Below, one piece after another: positions 44,241-44,463 of a stretch of 44,463 nt of DNA. How positions within the stretch are numbered: position 1 is the first letter of the stretch; each line of letters starts with the position of its first letter. Position numbers and translations under genes: made by a program. The notes below the pieces were generated by a model that worked only from the letters and a program-made list of their open reading frames with translations, had not been told where the DNA came from and made no database searches. The DNA is from Steroidobacteraceae bacterium (GTDB lineage: Bacteria; Pseudomonadota; Gammaproteobacteria; Steroidobacterales; Steroidobacteraceae). Location of the stretch: contig DATIXW010000013.1 of assembly GCA_035518135.1 (NCBI GenBank), forward strand, positions 1-44,463, read 5' to 3'.

Positions 44241-44463
44241 CTAGTCCGACTCGAGCTCCCACAGCATGACCGGCGCCCCGCGCCGCAGCCAGAAGCCCAG
44301 CCCCAGATCGCGAAAGTCACGGCGCAGCCGACTGCGGTACCAGTGTGCGCTGCGCAGGTGCACCGCCGCATCGGTGCGCTCGGGGTCGGCGTTGTGCTTC
44401 AGGTCGTAGCGCGTGAGCGCGCTGAAGTACAGCACCCCCCGGCACAGGCGACCGAAGTTGGCG
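44241..44463 (-). CDS. Hypothetical protein, C-terminal fragment (gene runs off the right edge)
   Basis: The reading frame stays open to the window edge (..ANFGRLCRGVLYFSALTRYDLKHNADPERTDAAVHLRSAHWYRSRLRRDFRDLGLGFWLRRGAPVMLWELESD*). I recognise no family. Confidence 0.35.
   Translation of the reverse strand, partial: ANFGRLCRGVLYFSALTRYDLKHNADPERTDAAVHLRSAHWYRSRLRRDFRDLGLGFWLRRGAPVMLWELESD

Noticed and set aside
1-44463. Searched for CRISPR arrays, rRNA/tRNA/tmRNA genes, integrases, transposases, IS inverted repeats, prophage genes and known multi-gene defence systems.
   Set aside because: No regularly spaced direct repeats, no conserved RNA gene signatures in the short intergenic regions, and no recombinase or phage-like protein motifs were seen in any credible ORF. 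This was judged by eye only, so covariance-model and HMM scans would be needed for certainty.

Overview
This is a 44.5 kb stretch of very G+C-rich (by eye about 70%) proteobacterial chromosomal DNA. It is gene-dense, with about 40 credible CDS, many joined by 4-nt ATGA/GTGA start/stop overlaps. Most of it is housekeeping or envelope function: TonB-dependent receptor (partial), TetR, rlmJ, aroE, gor, prlC, an SH3/anchor protein, xthA (apparently frameshifted), an HD-domain protein, a HAMP-PAS-GGDEF-EAL protein, an ABC-F ATPase, a PLD-family protein, a 4-gene MCE/Mla-like transporter, a PhyH-family dioxygenase, an MFS transporter, a YtrA-type GntR/ABC operon, mdh, fadE, DUF3667, DUF4399, dinB, a minimal K+ channel, gspA/gspB, a receiver-like/TonB_C protein, a pseudo-receiver Ser/Thr kinase, a TLC-like transporter, a Tat-exported FAD oxidase, a GT4 glycosyltransferase, DUF606, OsmC and an APC permease. 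I found no rRNA, tRNA, CRISPR array, integrase, transposase or phage genes, and no recognisable known defence system. The many long Arg/Ala/Gly/Pro-rich ORFs in the track are shadow ORFs typical of high-GC DNA. The best candidate for an undescribed system is the co-directional block at 31.0-37.1 kb: GspA/ExeA-like ATPase, GspB, a receiver-like/TM/repeat/TonB_C protein, and a pseudo-receiver Ser/Thr kinase, with no type II secretion core genes in the window. That remains a hypothesis from domain architecture and gene order only. Other observations worth a second look are a 19-nt direct repeat exactly 1000 bp apart bracketing a lower-GC K+ channel gene, a +1 frameshift in xthA, an ABC-F/PLD coupled pair with an asymmetric HKD, and several clear operator/promoter palindromes.
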